From positions 13,454,001 to 13,518,000 of the forward strand of contig CM022678.1 in the NCBI GenBank assembly GCA_012295275.1: a stretch of DNA of 64,000 nucleotides, read 5' to 3'. This document shows, piece by piece, positions 39,059 through 54,100 of the stretch. The notes beneath the pieces were generated by a model. The model ran no database searches, had not been told where the DNA came from, and saw only the letters and a list, made by a program, of their open reading frames with translations. The stretch comes from Chrysomallon squamiferum. Its lineage: Eukaryota; Animalia; Mollusca. Positions within the stretch are counted from its first letter, which is position 1. Each line of letters starts with the position of its first letter. The translations under genes and the position numbers were made by a program.

Positions 39059-39530
39059 ATACATACACACACACACACACACAAATACATACATACACAA
39101 AAACAAACACACACAAAGCCTGTCGACTAAGAACGTGAACTAACATACTGGAATGGATCCTACAGTCCAGCATATCACATTGTAATTAAGTTGTTGTTGC
39201 TGTTATTGTATCATAATCATCATCACTGTGGTCCTAGTTATGGATTTTCTTTTTCAGATTCTGACACTCAATGGGTTAAAGTTTAAGAGACTGCCGATGA
39301 CAGTTCAGTGGTGAGTGGAAACTTGGTTGATTTGTTGAGTGAAGGAGAACAAAGCAGTGTGATTATATCTGCCTAACTGGAAGGGACTCAGGTTCTTCTC
39401 TCATTCAGACACTCTGATACATTCTTCTGTGCGGAAACAGTGACACGTGTCACTATGGAAAACTGGAACAAATTTGGCAGTCACTGGCCATTACCTGATG
39501 ATGGTTTGTCCCACAGGTATTAGAAGTGTT
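38411..39530 (+). pseudogene. Pseudogene of a secreted repeat-domain protein (5' exon, signal-peptide exon, first domain exon)
   Basis: A 5' exon ends CAAAAG|GTAAGT near 38450. Exon 38818-38911 encodes MAAFSSVLKHS*VFLAVLLMVTKITSPAC-G|GTAAG with an in-frame TAA at 38857. A phase-compatible acceptor at 39257 leads to DSDTQWVKV*ETADDSSVVSGNLVDLL...FCAETVTRVTMENWNKFG, then a frameshift to YLMMVCPTG. Confidence 0.65.
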
Positions 39531-40578
39531 AGAAGACTTGTTAACAGCTGGGGAACTGATGGTGCATTCTGGTGGAACACAGATGGTGGATGTTGGTGGG
39601 GAAGACAGGGAGGATGAACACATCAGGGTTCAGCAGACTGCACGGGGAAGGGAAGGGTTGTTTATAAAGCTTATCCACATTTTGGTCCTCACGGAGAAGT
39701 TTCAGTCCAGATTGTTAACAACTGAGGAAGTTGAAAACAAAGAATTAAACTGGTTTGTCAACTACTGAGTACATCATAAATAAATAAATAATAATAACTT
39801 GCATTAAACTGGTTTGTCAACTACTGAGTACATCATAAATAAATAAATAATAATAACTTGCATTAAACTGGTTTGTCAACTACTGAGTACATCATAAATA
39901 AATAAATAATAAAAACTTGCATTAAACTGGTTTGTCAACTACTGAGTACATCATAAATAAATAAATAATAATAACTTGCATTAAACTGGTTTGTCTACTA
40001 CTGAGTACATCATAAATAAATAAATAATAATAACTTGCATTAAACTGGTTTGTCAACTACTGAGTACATCATAAATAAATAAATAATAATAACTTGCATT
40101 AAACTGGTTTGTCAACTACTGAGTACATCATAAATAAATAAATAATAAAAACTTGCAGTAAACTGGTTTGTCAACTACTGAGTACATCATAAATAAATAA
40201 ATAATAATAACTTGCATTAAACTGGTTTGTCAACTACTGAGAACATCATAAATAAATAAATAATAATAACTTGCATTAAACTGGTTTGTCAACTACTGAG
40301 AACATCATAAATAAATAAATAATAATAACTTGCATTAAACTGGTTTGTCAACTACTGAGTACATCATAAATAAATAAATAATAAAAACTTGCATTAAACT
40401 GGTTTGTCTACTGAGGACGTTTGTAAAAAAATAAATAATAATAACTTGCATTAAACTGGTTTGTCTACTACTGAGTACATCATAAATAAATAAATAATAA
40501 AAACTTGCATTAAACTGGTTTGTCAGTTATCTAGTGAGTATGTGTGTTTATTGTTTCAGTTTTCATTTTGTCTCTGTC
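39513..40578. repeat. Inverted segmental duplication arm A', including the 59-bp minisatellite (39744-40525, about 13 copies)
   Basis: Reverse complement of 992-2327. The regular 59-bp period shows as a 1-nt shift per 60-nt line. Confidence 0.95.
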
Positions 40579-41247
40579 AGTTTTCATTTATAAATAAATA
40601 AATTAATTAATAAAATAAAATAAAAATCTATTTCCACGATATAGAACTAATAAATTAGCAAAATCAGAAATGCATAACTGCTGGTTTCTATTTTGTTTTT
40701 ATCTCTTGCTTTTTCTCTCATCGCTCACTTTCACACGTGCCATTCTTTTCTCTGTTCTGTGTCTGCCTTGCTGCCGTATGCTACTTAAACAAAATTACTC
40801 CTGCTAGGAATAGATGTAGTGAGATATTCAACTAAAAGTATTCACTTAAACTATTTTATCACTAGAATTATTTATGTATTTAGTTCATAAAATGTATTTT
40901 GGCCAGTTATGGATGTTTTCAAATATAAAGGGTAAGGTGTTAAATTAAAACAATTTTCGTCAGTTTTATGTCACATTATCTCAGTATAAAATACTGACTC
41001 TCTGATGATATTTTGTATATGGATCTATATTATTAAATTTTACTATGAAGACAGATGTCCAAGTTCTAACAGCTTCCTGTCTTTTGACTTCCTACAAGTT
41101 AACAAATCATTTACTACCAGCCGTGTGAAAAAAAGGTTTTTCTTGTTTCATGTCTCAGTCATTCTAATGAGAGAAAAACTAAATTAGCTTTTCTATAAAC
41201 AACAAAAAATAACAAAAATAAACAGTAAAAAATAAAATTATTAATTA

Positions 41248-41295
<48 letters not shown>

Positions 41296-44200
41296 AATAA
41301 AATTAATAAATTGATTCTAGAAAGCTGCCTACTACAGTTTGAAATAGTTTTTGATTTTAATATTATTATCATCATTATTACTTTTATTTTCTATTTTATT
41401 TTACTTTAATTTTTTATTCATTTTTTGTTTTTTTTTTGTTTTGTTTTAAAGTTCAGCTGGTCAAAACTTGGAAGATAATGACAAATATTTAAAAAAAACC
41501 ATATTTTAATTATTTTAAAAGATAATTTTGTTTATTATTCACCATCTGACAAATTGTATCACATGAATTCACAAAAATAACAAAGTAGAATATACAAATG
41601 TATCACACAGTAATGGAACACAAGCTGTTCTGACTTGGGTGATTTGGTCATCTTAAAACTGGACATTACATGGTGATCAACAGAGCAGACACAACAAGAA
41701 AACCATTAACAATCTCAAATGCAAGCCCTTTGTAAGAACTGACATTTTGAAAAAACGGAGATAAAAAGAACATTAAAAAAAGAATAGCATTCAGAATAAA
41801 GATAATGTAAAGTTACGGGTATCACACATGAGACTGAAATGCACAAAGTTTAACATTTACATCAGGTTTAAACTAACACTGGATTTTTCATTTATAAAGA
41901 TTCTGTGTTTAACATACATATTCTTTGAAAAAAGATACTGATTTGAAAAACATTATTGCTGTAAACATTTTTATTAAATGGTAGCTTTGGAAAAAATAAT
42001 TTTAAATACACTGAATTATAGGCTTGTAAATAGTCTTTTATTTATTTAGATTAAAAAAAAATAAAAAATTTGAAAAGTATTTCTATTTCAATAAAATAAA
42101 ACTGTTCTTATACAGTACAGTACTGTAGTTACAAAATACACACACCTATTATTCTTTTTCACACATCTTTTACAGTAAATACAAAACTTTGTTAATAGAT
42201 ATAAATAGAAATATTGTTAATTTTTTAATTAAACAAAGGAAAATATTTTACTAAATATCCATAACATGATTGGCTAGAAACATGTTTCATGTTTGTTTTA
42301 ATATTAACACTTGAAAGAAAAACTATTTACATTTACTAAGTAAAAGAAATTAATATTTATAATGGGACTGTAAAGTAGAAACCAGACATAATAACAATAA
42401 TAATAACAATAATAATAAAACAAAAAACCTTACTTTTACTAATTATTATATTAAAAAGAAGAAAAATATTATGTAGTGTGTTGTTGAAGAAAAAAGCTAA
42501 GCAATGAGTAATGAAAATACTTAAGAAAAGAAAAAATGCTGTAAATGGATATTACATTTGCAACATATAATATGTTATGTAAATCCCTGAAATATTCAGT
42601 AGTAATACTCTGTATCTGAATGAATTAAACACAACTGTTATACTGCTTGTCACACACACAAGGGAAAAAAACCTCCCTTGCCTCTTCCAAAGAATCAAAT
42701 TTTAAAATATTCACTTAACTGTGACTGAGGTAAAAGAAAAGTCAGTTATTTTTGAATGTTTAAAATATTTAACAAGGATCCAGAGAATTTATTTAGAAAA
42801 CCAGACACCACAGGCGATTCATTTTCATAAAATGTTCTTTTTTTTCATGACTTGAAATTTGAAATAAATTAAGAAATTTAAAGATTAATTAATAAATGCA
42901 ATGCTCTTTAAAAAGATAAGAAAAATCAATTTTTTTAAGGAATCCTAATTAATTGAAATAATAATAATGCAATGAATAAATATAAATATACATAAATCTC
43001 TATGATCTATATGTGATACCCAGTCTTCAACAAAACACCAAAAGTAATAGCTTACGATAAAATGAAAATTACACACAAACCAGCTACTGTCAAAAACAAA
43101 ACAAAAACTGAAAAATGAAATAACAAATCAGTTATTGTCATCAAAAATTATAATATGAATAAACATGAAAACTGTCACCTATAAGGATAAAATTAATTAT
43201 TTGATACAGAAATGAAAATACTTTTAAAATTCTAAAAATTGAAATAATATAGGATATCAAATAAAAATGAAAATGATAAAACATTTTTATTTACATAATA
43301 AAAAAAATAAAAAAAATAAATGAAGCAAAGTCAAATAAAAATTAGTTTTGTTTTGATGCTGATTTATTACATATCAAACTGTCACATGCTAACAGTAATA
43401 AAGACGGATTTAAAAATGTTTTTGCTGACTCATTCCAGCACAGTATTAACAGATTTTTACTATTATTATTACTGTCATTGTTCATGTGGTTAATTAATTC
43501 TTTTTGTATTTACTGACTTAATCAAGATTTTATTATTACTTTTTTCAAGCTTTATATTTTTTTTTATTATTTTTAACATATTTTTAAGATTTTGCTTTCT
43601 AAACATTGTTTTAAATTTATTATTTCCTTATTTCGATTCACATTTTAAAAGGCATATTTAGAGAAAAAGAATGTGAACCATAATAAACAATAAAAGAAGA
43701 TTCACACTAAAATTAAGTACTGAAGTAATTACCTGGGATTATAAATCTACTCAGCAGTTTTTCAAATTCTCATTCTGATCAAAGCTGACTCAGCGAATGT
43801 CTCATCATACTCCTCACTTTTCTCTTTATTGCCTTGCTGTTATGAAGATAGTAATTACTTCCAAATTCACTTTTTATTATTAGACATACATTTGAAAAGG
43901 TTACACAATATATATTTTTTTATTATATTTTATTAAAATAATAATTATTATTAAATTTAGTTCTTATTATTAAAAATAAATTAGAAAAGGTTAAAGATTA
44001 TATTTTTAATTTAATAAATTTATGTGCTTATTCCCATTCTAAATAACTGAAGTTGTTAGATTATTTATCTGCTTCAGTTTAACACTATATTTATTGATCC
44101 AGCACTTTGTTTGTTATCTATAGTCATTTGATTCCTTCATTACAGGCACACAGCATTAATTTCATTTCAATTTAATTTGATTTTAATAAATATCCTTCCA

Positions 44201-44715
44201 CAATTTCAATCTATTAAAAAATATTGGTGTTTTGTTTATCTATAAATGTGCCCCATAACACATCACTTTTGATGGTAATTAATAAAAATACAAATTCAAG
44301 TGTATTTTAAGAAGATTTTTTTTTTAATCTTATAGTTATCTTGTGAACAAACATTCATTCATCTAGAAGAATTTTCTCTGTTCAATATTTATTTTCATCA
44401 CATACACAAAATTTGAATTATTTTTTAAAAATTAGGTAATTTATGAAATTAATAAAATTATATAGATATGTGTTTGCTATTTTTTTTACTTAATTCAATT
44501 ATTTAAAACAATAATAATATTAAAGAAAGAAATTGTAAAATATTTGGTTTACAAAAAAGTATAGCTAAATACTGTTGCAATGAATACAATTATTTATATT
44601 TAATCTGATTTAATTAAATATTACAATAATTTTCTTTTTAAATCCTGAAAAATATCATTAAATGTCACTCAAATTATTCATTAAAATATTTAGTTTCAAA
44701 TTTTGCTAACAGAGA

Positions 44716-44876
44716 CTTCATTAAACCCGACCACAACAGGACTTGTTCATTCTAATGAACGAGTATTAATGTTAATTTAGAAACAGTATGTGCTAGAGAC
44801 AGCTGTGCTTATTGGCTGATAAAATTGTTTTAAAAATAATATTAATTCTGATTGGTTATTCTCAGAAGCAATTATT
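44716..44876 (+). pseudogene. Duplicated fragment of the RagC/D last exon and proximal 3'UTR
   Basis: Three identical blocks match 30256-30457 in the same order and orientation: 29 nt (44729-44757 = 30269-30297), 35 nt (44787-44821 = 30367-30401) and 29 nt (44841-44869 = 30423-30451). Confidence 0.92.
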
Positions 44877-45348
44877 TAGACTGAAGCATAAAATCACAAA
44901 CATATGTAAAGTTTGTTTTTCTTTAAATAGAATGAATATTACTAAATGTTTTTTAATATATTTTTATTTATGTTACATTTTTTTATCGTCATTTTATTTA
45001 TTTCTACACTAAAAGCAGCATTCTTTCATACTTTTTCTATTCATCTCCCAAACTAATATATATATAATATAATATTCAAAGTAAACAAAAACATTTTATA
45101 AATATCTCAAATATTTTCTGGAATATATATGAAGATGTTTTTTAAAATAAAAACTGAAAATGAGACATTTCTTTATCAACCACAAGGATATAAAAAATTA
45201 AGCTTGTGTATACATGTAAATAGCTATCAAAACCAACACTTGAGCACTCAAAGTTAACTGTTTTACATACAAAAACATGAAAATAATTATATTTACATAA
45301 TTGATTTGACTGAGTAAGCATTTTGAAAAAGGAACTTTGTGTCAAAAA

Positions 45349-45380
<32 letters not shown>

Positions 45381-47658
45381 AAAAATCTTATATTTTGCCC
45401 CAAAAATCAATTGTTTTGCAAAGAAAACATTTGGCAAATTAAATTTTTCTGTTATGTAATTCCAACTTTGATGTTTTGAAGCTCTGAAAAAAGAAAAAGT
45501 TTCAGCAAGGTCCTAGAAATAATTTTTACACCAACACAAAAGTATGAGCAATGCTGAAACAACTTTCATCAAACTTTCTACATTCTGTGATTTTTCAAAT
45601 TAAAATTTAATAAAGAGTTATAATTCTTTTGCTAAATTCTGAACCTAATTAGAAAAATGAAAATGAATTCTATCTTGCAAAACAGTGGCTGTAAAATAAA
45701 GATCATTTTAAAATAATCTAATATGTTAACTGATGTGCAAAAAATAAATAAGATTAAAAAAAACAAGAATTTAAAAATTAAAATATTTAAAAAACTAATA
45801 TATTTTCTATAATGACAGTACATGGTAAATGCGAGTATTATGACAAAAACAGTTCACAACTCATTATTAAACACAGTATAAGACAAATCCAAAATGTCTA
45901 GTAAGAACAAACAAACATTTCTTTTTTAAATAACATCTGAGGTTTTCTTCACCTTAAAGCTGAAATTTTGCATTGATGTTGTAAGATTGGTCATGTTTCA
46001 ACAAACAGAAAAACTGACTGGGAATGCAATACTTTCAACAAAACATTTCTCTGAGTACAGACAACAATCAAACAGGTATATGAACAGGTAGATTAATTAC
46101 TACAGACAAACTGTAATAATGAAGTAGCAAAACAGCTACTTTACTGAACTATTCCATGTAATATATGTCTTGTATGTGTATATGTGTTTGTGGGTGTGTG
46201 GTTATTTATTTCATGGAATGAATTTTAGAAAAATAATAATTATTAAGTTTTTAAGATTAGTAATGAAATTTCATATAATTAATCTACTTGCTTTGTAAGT
46301 TTAAATAGAAATAAAATGCACAGGTGATGGGTAACAGCGAAGTGAATATATTCATAAACTCATTACAGCCACTGAATAAAAAACAATGTTATAGAAATGT
46401 AAAAATATTTGACAAATTCTATTTTGTTTACAATAATACATACAATCACAATCACACATATATACATATATATGTGTGTGTGTATCGTTTCAACACACCT
46501 TTATCTGTGCAATCAGGCACTGCCAGCAAAACAATTCTATTTTGTAAATACATTTTTGTATAATTATGTTTAAATATGTTTTCATGCACAAACTCTGTTC
46601 ATATCATTTTACCATAACCCCTGGACATCAAACATACAGTAAGTGAAATATACACATTCAAAAACATTCAGAGAGTTATCTCTTCAGCCCAGGAAAATTC
46701 AGTTATTTTATGACATTCAAAGTTTTAAAAATTAAATATCATAACAGACCAAATGCAGATCTTTTTTCTTTCTTTTAAATTAGATAAGGCAGAAAAGCAT
46801 TTAAATTATCAATAATTTGTTTGCTGTACATTGTGAAAATTAAATATTAATAAAGAAAGATGATTTATATTAATTACTTTTAATATATCTACACCTTGAA
46901 CATATGTTTCAATTTTTATAAGTTTTTTTTTTACTTTCTTTTTTAATCTTTTTGTCCATTTGCATTTTTTACTGTTTTTGATCCCTAGATATCTCTCTCA
47001 ATCTCTTTGTCTGTGATCCCTCTTCTAGCTTTACACCCAAAATGTTAACCTCAATTAAATTCTTTAACCTAAATAGTAATTTCTGTATTTGCCTTCATTG
47101 CAGAGTGAATAAATCAATGTTTGTGTGTGTGTGTATGTGTCTGTGTGTCTATCTATCTATCTATCTATACCAACAAAAAATATTTCTATCTTCAGACAAA
47201 ACACCGGTATATTTTGTTCAACTATTATACTGTTTTAACTATAATATATTGGAAGACCACAAAATACTGCATTTATCTCCCTTTGAAAACTTCAAACAAA
47301 ACTAAAAAATTAAAATTAAAAAGATTAAATTAAAGTGAAAAAACAATGATAATAGTATTTGAAAAATATCTATTTGTATGATGCAAAAAATTACTATATT
47401 TTAAAAAATAACAGATTTGAATGAAATCCTTTTTTAATTTATTATAATTAGTGGAAAATGAAAACTACTACTCAAATAAAATTAATAAAATTCAAAGTAT
47501 GGTTAGAGAACTCAGTTATTTAATGCTCAACAAAGTATTAAACTTATTAGTGTCAACTAAATCAAAAAATAATTAAGACAGAAAATGTTTTTTCATCTGG
47601 TGACCTTCTTTGGATTCTAACGTCTCCCTGTTTTCATCTTGCTGTCACCACCATTGAG

Positions 47659-50118
47659 TCATCTTTTTTCTGAACTTGCTGTTTTGTTTGTTTTTGATGA
47701 TGCATCAATGATGACGTGGACCTTGTCTTCATCAGCAACTGTTGGAAATGGTTGTCGCCAATATTTTACTGAGCTGAAGTCGTTTGCCTGAGAACATCTC
47801 TCCATTGGTGGGAAAAAGTGATCAACAACATCGCTCATTTTGCTGTAGCTGCACATTAGAATAATTCACTTAACTGAGACTCTAAACACTAAATATACAT
47901 TATCATGAATAATTAAAATATTCATATAAAATAAAATTTTCCTAGTGCTAAAAAAGTGACAAAGCTATTAAACTGTAAATATTTTTACATTTTCTTTAGT
48001 TTCAGTGGTTCCAAAGTGTGTCATACGACCTTCTTGTGGATGTGTGTATTTCTGAGGGTGATAAAAATAACTGATCAGTGATTTATTTTATTTTTCATTC
48101 AATATGTATTATGTGTTCTTTACAGTCTTGCTGAATGGTTGCAAAGAAAGACAGATTAAGATATTTATGCATATATTTTATACACATATTCTGTTGACGC
48201 TAATTTCACAAATCTTGTTTCCTGAAATCCAGATCAAATCTGGAAAAAATCACAAAATATGAACTTACTCCCATTTCCACCTTTCCTCTAGATACAATTA
48301 AGTTATTCTTATTTCAACTAACCAATAATGGCAAACCCTACCAAACCATTTCCCATCAAATTAATAGTAAATGTGTGCTACTGCAAACTTCACAAACCTA
48401 ACCTAACGAACTTCACCCAGCCTAGCCTATCTGTCTCCTGCACATTCATCTTTACATACACTGCATGTGTTCACATTGTTTTTACATTACTATATTATTG
48501 AATTATATACTGTTTTATCTGTACCAAAGTTTAAAGTTTCGGTAAATTCTAGATTAATGTTTACATTCATGATTTCACAGACGTTTGTGTTTTCTGGACC
48601 ACTGCTCCCCCTATTAGTTTGTGAAATCTAGGGTCCATTTAAGAATACCAAACAACTGATATGCATGAATCTACTACTGTTGAAAGCAGTCAGGGCTTTC
48701 TTATTTAGTCTGTTAGTTATAATGCAGAATAAAAGAAATAATAACTGGCTACTGTCTCACCTTTATCCTTGTCAAATTTTCACATGCTAATACTTGCAAG
48801 ATAAAGCTGATTTCTTCATTGTATATGTAATTTCATCTATAAAATGTCATCAAACAACCAGTTATTTCTATTCCAACAGTAACCCAGCTACCTTTCTCTT
48901 ACCATTAAATCTGACACACACTGTTATGATTATTTAAGATTTCATTGTTTAAGTAAAAAGTTATCTCTGTACTTACGATGACTGGAACGTATGTGACAGT
49001 TCATGTCTCAGTTCACCCTTGTGATTAATTGTAAAAATTCTAAACATTGGGATGTTCAGAGCTTTGTATGCCAGTACATCCTGAATTAGAAAAATATTAT
49101 CTATTATCATCATCATAATCATAATCGTAACAATTTGTCATTATTTTCCTTCTCTCATTTATATTATCTTCTTTACATAATTATTATTTTCACTGCTGTA
49201 TTATTATTTTTCACATATTATCATTATCTTCATTATTTCATAATTATTTTCACCATTACAGCATCGTCAAAATATGTATTATCATCATTGTTAACATTAT
49301 AAATAAGAAAAAAGCTGTAAAACTTTTATTAGTGTCATTAAGTGGAAATCAATATATTCATCTTTTGCCCAAAAAAGGAACTGAAATAATATTGATAACC
49401 TCATTTATACAGCTGACAACACAGATTTAAAAATAACAATTGTACTTTAACAATTATACATAAATAATTTGTAAATATTCCAGAAAATGTTTTTTTTATC
49501 ACATTTCTTTAATTGCTGTGACCTGAAATTACAGGTATTAAAAGAAATTATGCAGAAATATTTCAAATTTAAAAATAAGTCTTGCTGAGGACAAAAGTAA
49601 AATAATTTGTAATATTTATTCACTGACTTTAAACAAGTGAGATAGAGAAAAAGTTTTACTGTCAAAAAAAAAGAAAGAAAACTGAGGAAATATTTTTAGT
49701 ACATTTTTTTTATTAGGCATTACTGCTTCCTATTTAAAGAAACAACTGAGAATAAATAACAGAAATATTAGAGAAATAAAAAAATACACTCACATTTATT
49801 TTATTTCCAAACCCGGAGTAGAAGGGACACTGAGGAAACAGTTCTGCTATGTCTTTCAAACAACTGATCTTGAACTCTTCCGGCTTTCTCGTGATTACCT
49901 CTCTGTCAAACATTTGTATTTATCATTTTGAAAACTGATAAATATTTTAATTATCACCATTATTTTTCTTTTTACAACAAAACATTACTGTTATTTATTT
50001 TATTATTTTTATTACTTCTAATGTAACAAGACTAACTATATAAAGTATTAGACAAATGCTAATAAATTACAAATGACACAGTAACCTACAGTAAAATAAG
50101 AACTGCAACAAGGACAGC

Positions 50119-50149
<31 letters not shown>

Positions 50150-51072
50150 TAATAATAGTAATAATAATAATTATAATAAAAACTATTTACCTACAATTTA
50201 CAGAAATATTTATTGTAATAACAAGAGTACTTATAACAAACTTTCAATGATTATGTTAAGACAAAATTAATAACAGTAATGACAACAAAATGATGTTAAT
50301 AAACTTTTTCTATGAAGTAATAAAAATAATAAAATAAATAACAGTAATATTAACAAATTTTGATAATAAACTTTACTTTGAAATAACAAAATTAATAACA
50401 AAAATGACAACAAAATAATGTTAATAAACTTTTTCTATGAAGTAATAAAAATAATAAAATAAATAACAGTAATAACAACAAATATTGATAATAAGCTTTA
50501 CTTTGAAATAACAAAAATAATAAAAGTAACAACAGAATATTAATAATCATGTATTAATAAGAAATAACAAAAATAATAACAGTAATGATAACAGAATATT
50601 GTTAACGAACTATACCACACCATGAAATAATACCAGTGATGACATATAATTAGTCACCTGTGAAATGCACTGATGAGAGATGTAGGGTTCAACAGCAGAG
50701 GTCCTTCAGGCAGTGCCAAGTCTCCCTGCTTAATACCCCTTAACATGCTCTTTGTACTGTGAGACTGACCAATAGCACGAGCTGACAAATACAGCAGCTT
50801 GTAGCCGTTGTCACGGATACGAGTAAACAATTCAGCAACTCCAGACTGAGACCAGTCTCGGCCGATGATAGGAAGAATTTGACCCAGAACATCTGACCTG
50901 AACAAACAATTTTAATTTATGTATTTAATTGTTTTGTTTTTTAAAAACATGCACACACTTACAAATGAATTTAATTTTTAGGATTTTTTTTATCTCACTT
51001 AAAATATTAACTCACTAATATGCACTCTTAGTCTATCTGCACTTCATTCTCTCACTACATCTGCTTTTGTTC

Positions 51073-51109
<37 letters not shown>

Positions 51110-54100
51110 TTTGTAATGGTTCCATCGATGTCAGAAATGACTATTTTGTCATTGTACTTCCAGAGGTAGATGTGTGAGTAACAGCGAGTTGTGCCTTGAT
51201 ACTGCGTTGTCACAGAAAATGAGATTTCATTTTGACCCTCATGTAGATTCAGTTTAGCCTGAAAAATCATCAAATACAAAACAAAGTTTCCAAGTGTCAA
51301 CTTTATATATCAACACACACTGACTGACTGAATGAATGTTTATCAAAATCCAGTACAAAAACTAATTGTTGATAATTATTCTCATTAAAGTTTCATATAT
51401 CTTACGACAAATTTTATTGTTTTTGTTTATTATACAGTTTTTGAATTTTGTACTCTATAATTATGATTTTAAAAAAAGAAGAAATATTTCATCTTAAAAA
51501 TTCTTAGTTTCATATATTGTTAACTTTTTAATATTTTATTATTATATTTCAATATTTTATATTATTGTTTCAAAAAATTAATATTTCTTGTATTAAAGTT
51601 TTATTATTATTATCATCATCATTATTACAATCTGCTCTGACGAAAGTCTCAGTGTTTTCCGGTAGTTTTCTGTTTTCAGTGTACTTTCAGGTATGTCGAT
51701 TTTAATACTGTCTGACGTGCTCGGAGTCACTGCGTCACGCTCCGAGTGATCAGTTTCTGGTTCACTGGACAGCATATCTATATCCCGTGCCCTGAAATAT
51801 AGTTAAATAAAGGATTAAAAGTCAAGATGTTTATCTATGCGGTGTTGTATTGTAAAGAAAAAAAAAATAAAATTATCTTTGCAAAAAGGATTAAAAATAT
51901 GAATCATCAGAAGGTTATATGTTAAGCTTAAAATGTGCATTTTTAAATATATCCTATTTTAGTCAGTGTCTACCAAAGTACACCTCCCTGACCTTTACTA
52001 GTTTTAGTGTGTGAACAGGTATAAGTAAATGTTATATTTAATATAATTTGTTCTTAATGTTCATTATTATAATGCATATTTGGGTATCTTAAATTATTAT
52101 TCTCAGTTTGCACATAATAATATGTCTAAAACAAACAACCAGAATCACACACACACACACACTCACACAGACAGCTATGCTATTCATGTTTTTATATGGT
52201 TGTAAACTTACTTAAATCAGAATTTTTTGAATGAACCTAACTGATTTTTCCTATAAACATTTTTGAAATTATTCTTAAGTATCTATTTTATTTTAGGTGA
52301 TAGTTTCACACTTATTAACTTCTATATTTTTCTTGTAAAATATATCTTGATGTGTACCTGGATGTAAAAGAAGACTTCATCTTCTTAGGTGTGCTAGTTA
52401 GACTTGTAGGAGCACTAGATGGTGAACTGGTGTCCAGTACAACCTCTGACTGTTCAAATTCAACAAAACACTACTTGAAGAGATATTCTATTTACTGGCA
52501 TTCAAACACATTTTTAAACTATATTTATGTAGCATCAATTTATAAGCTTTAAAAAGTCAAGTAAATTTTGAAATACTGTGCAACTGATTAAAAAAATACG
52601 CTGAGTATATATGAATTTAAATACATTATGACTGAAAAAACTATGATCAGACTACAAAATATTCTGATTACTGAATATAAAATACTCTGATTATTGATTA
52701 TAAAATACTCTGATTGATTGTAAAATATTCTGATTACTGATTGCAAAATATACTCATTAATGATAAAAAAATATTATTTACTCACTACACTATATACTCA
52801 TCAATGATAAAAAACAATATTATTTATTCATTACAAAACAGTGTGAATGCACTGGCTCTGTGTGTAAAATACTCTGGTTACAAGTGTTGTGCTTACTGAT
52901 CTGCTGACAGTTTCTGAATCACTCAGGACCGACGCTGGAATCTGCGTGGAACTGACCACACTTGTTGTTTCTATGTTGACATTTTGTTCTTCAGTGCTGT
53001 CTGGGTTGTTGCGTCGCCATGAGAACCATGATGTCACTCCCCCAGTCTTCTTCTTCTCCTTTTTTGGCATGTGTTCTTTTATTAACAGCTGACTGGTTTT
53101 CTAAATAATGTAAAATTATACATCAATGATGAACAATTAAATGAATGAATAAATTAACAGATATAATTATAATTTAGTAAATTCAGGAATATATTAAATA
53201 AATAAATAAATAAACATACAAAATAAAAAATCAATATATAAATAAAAAGACAATTAAATAAATAACTGTTATATGATATTTTAAAACAAATTTGTTAATA
53301 ATGTTGCAAGACAATACTGTTTTACTGTATGTGAATTCAAACACCTTTTTTTCACTATTTCAGAAACCACTGAATAATACACTCTACACATATACTAAAA
53401 ATAATATAAAAATCTATATTTTGTTTTAAGCTTTTTTAAGGTGTTTAAATAAATTTTCTGAATACCTCAGGTAATTCTTTGTTAAAAACCATCTGAGATA
53501 AAATCATGGGTGCTGCTGTTGGCCAGTTGTAGTATCTGAAAGAAAACAAATAAAGTCATTTTTGTTTTAAGTGTTAATGTAAATTTGAAATAAATCAGTC
53601 TTATTATTATATAAACCATGTAGTTTTTAACTATTGTCACAGAAAGAAAATGTAAATGTTAATATTCTTTGCTTCATTATTACTTAAATACCTGCTGTAT
53701 TAATATTCCTTAGCTATCTAATATCTGGTTCATTTATATTCTGTTAATTGTCTAAAACCTGGATTATTCTAATACTTGTCTAAAAATCAGACTCATTAAT
53801 ATTCTGATAACTGTCGAAAATCTGGTTCATTAACATTCCGTTAACTGTCTAAAATCTGGATTCCATGACTTATTTAAAATCCGATTGTTAATATTTCACT
53901 ATCTGGATTAATAATACTGTTAATGTGTTTAAAAATATTTTTTACTAATATTCCTAACTTATTAAATCTGTGATTATCAATATTCCTTACTTATCCAAAA
54001 TCTTCACAACCAATTCTGGATTATTTATCATATGTGGATCTTCTGAAAGGTCATCAAAGGTCACAACCTTCTGCATGAACTTGTTGAGGCTTATACCATG

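Noticed and set aside
45343-45385. Long A-tract as a retrocopy poly(A) tail for the RagC/D fragment
   Set aside because: It lies about 470 bp beyond the end of homology with unrelated sequence in between and no TSD. Homopolymer tracts are common in this window.
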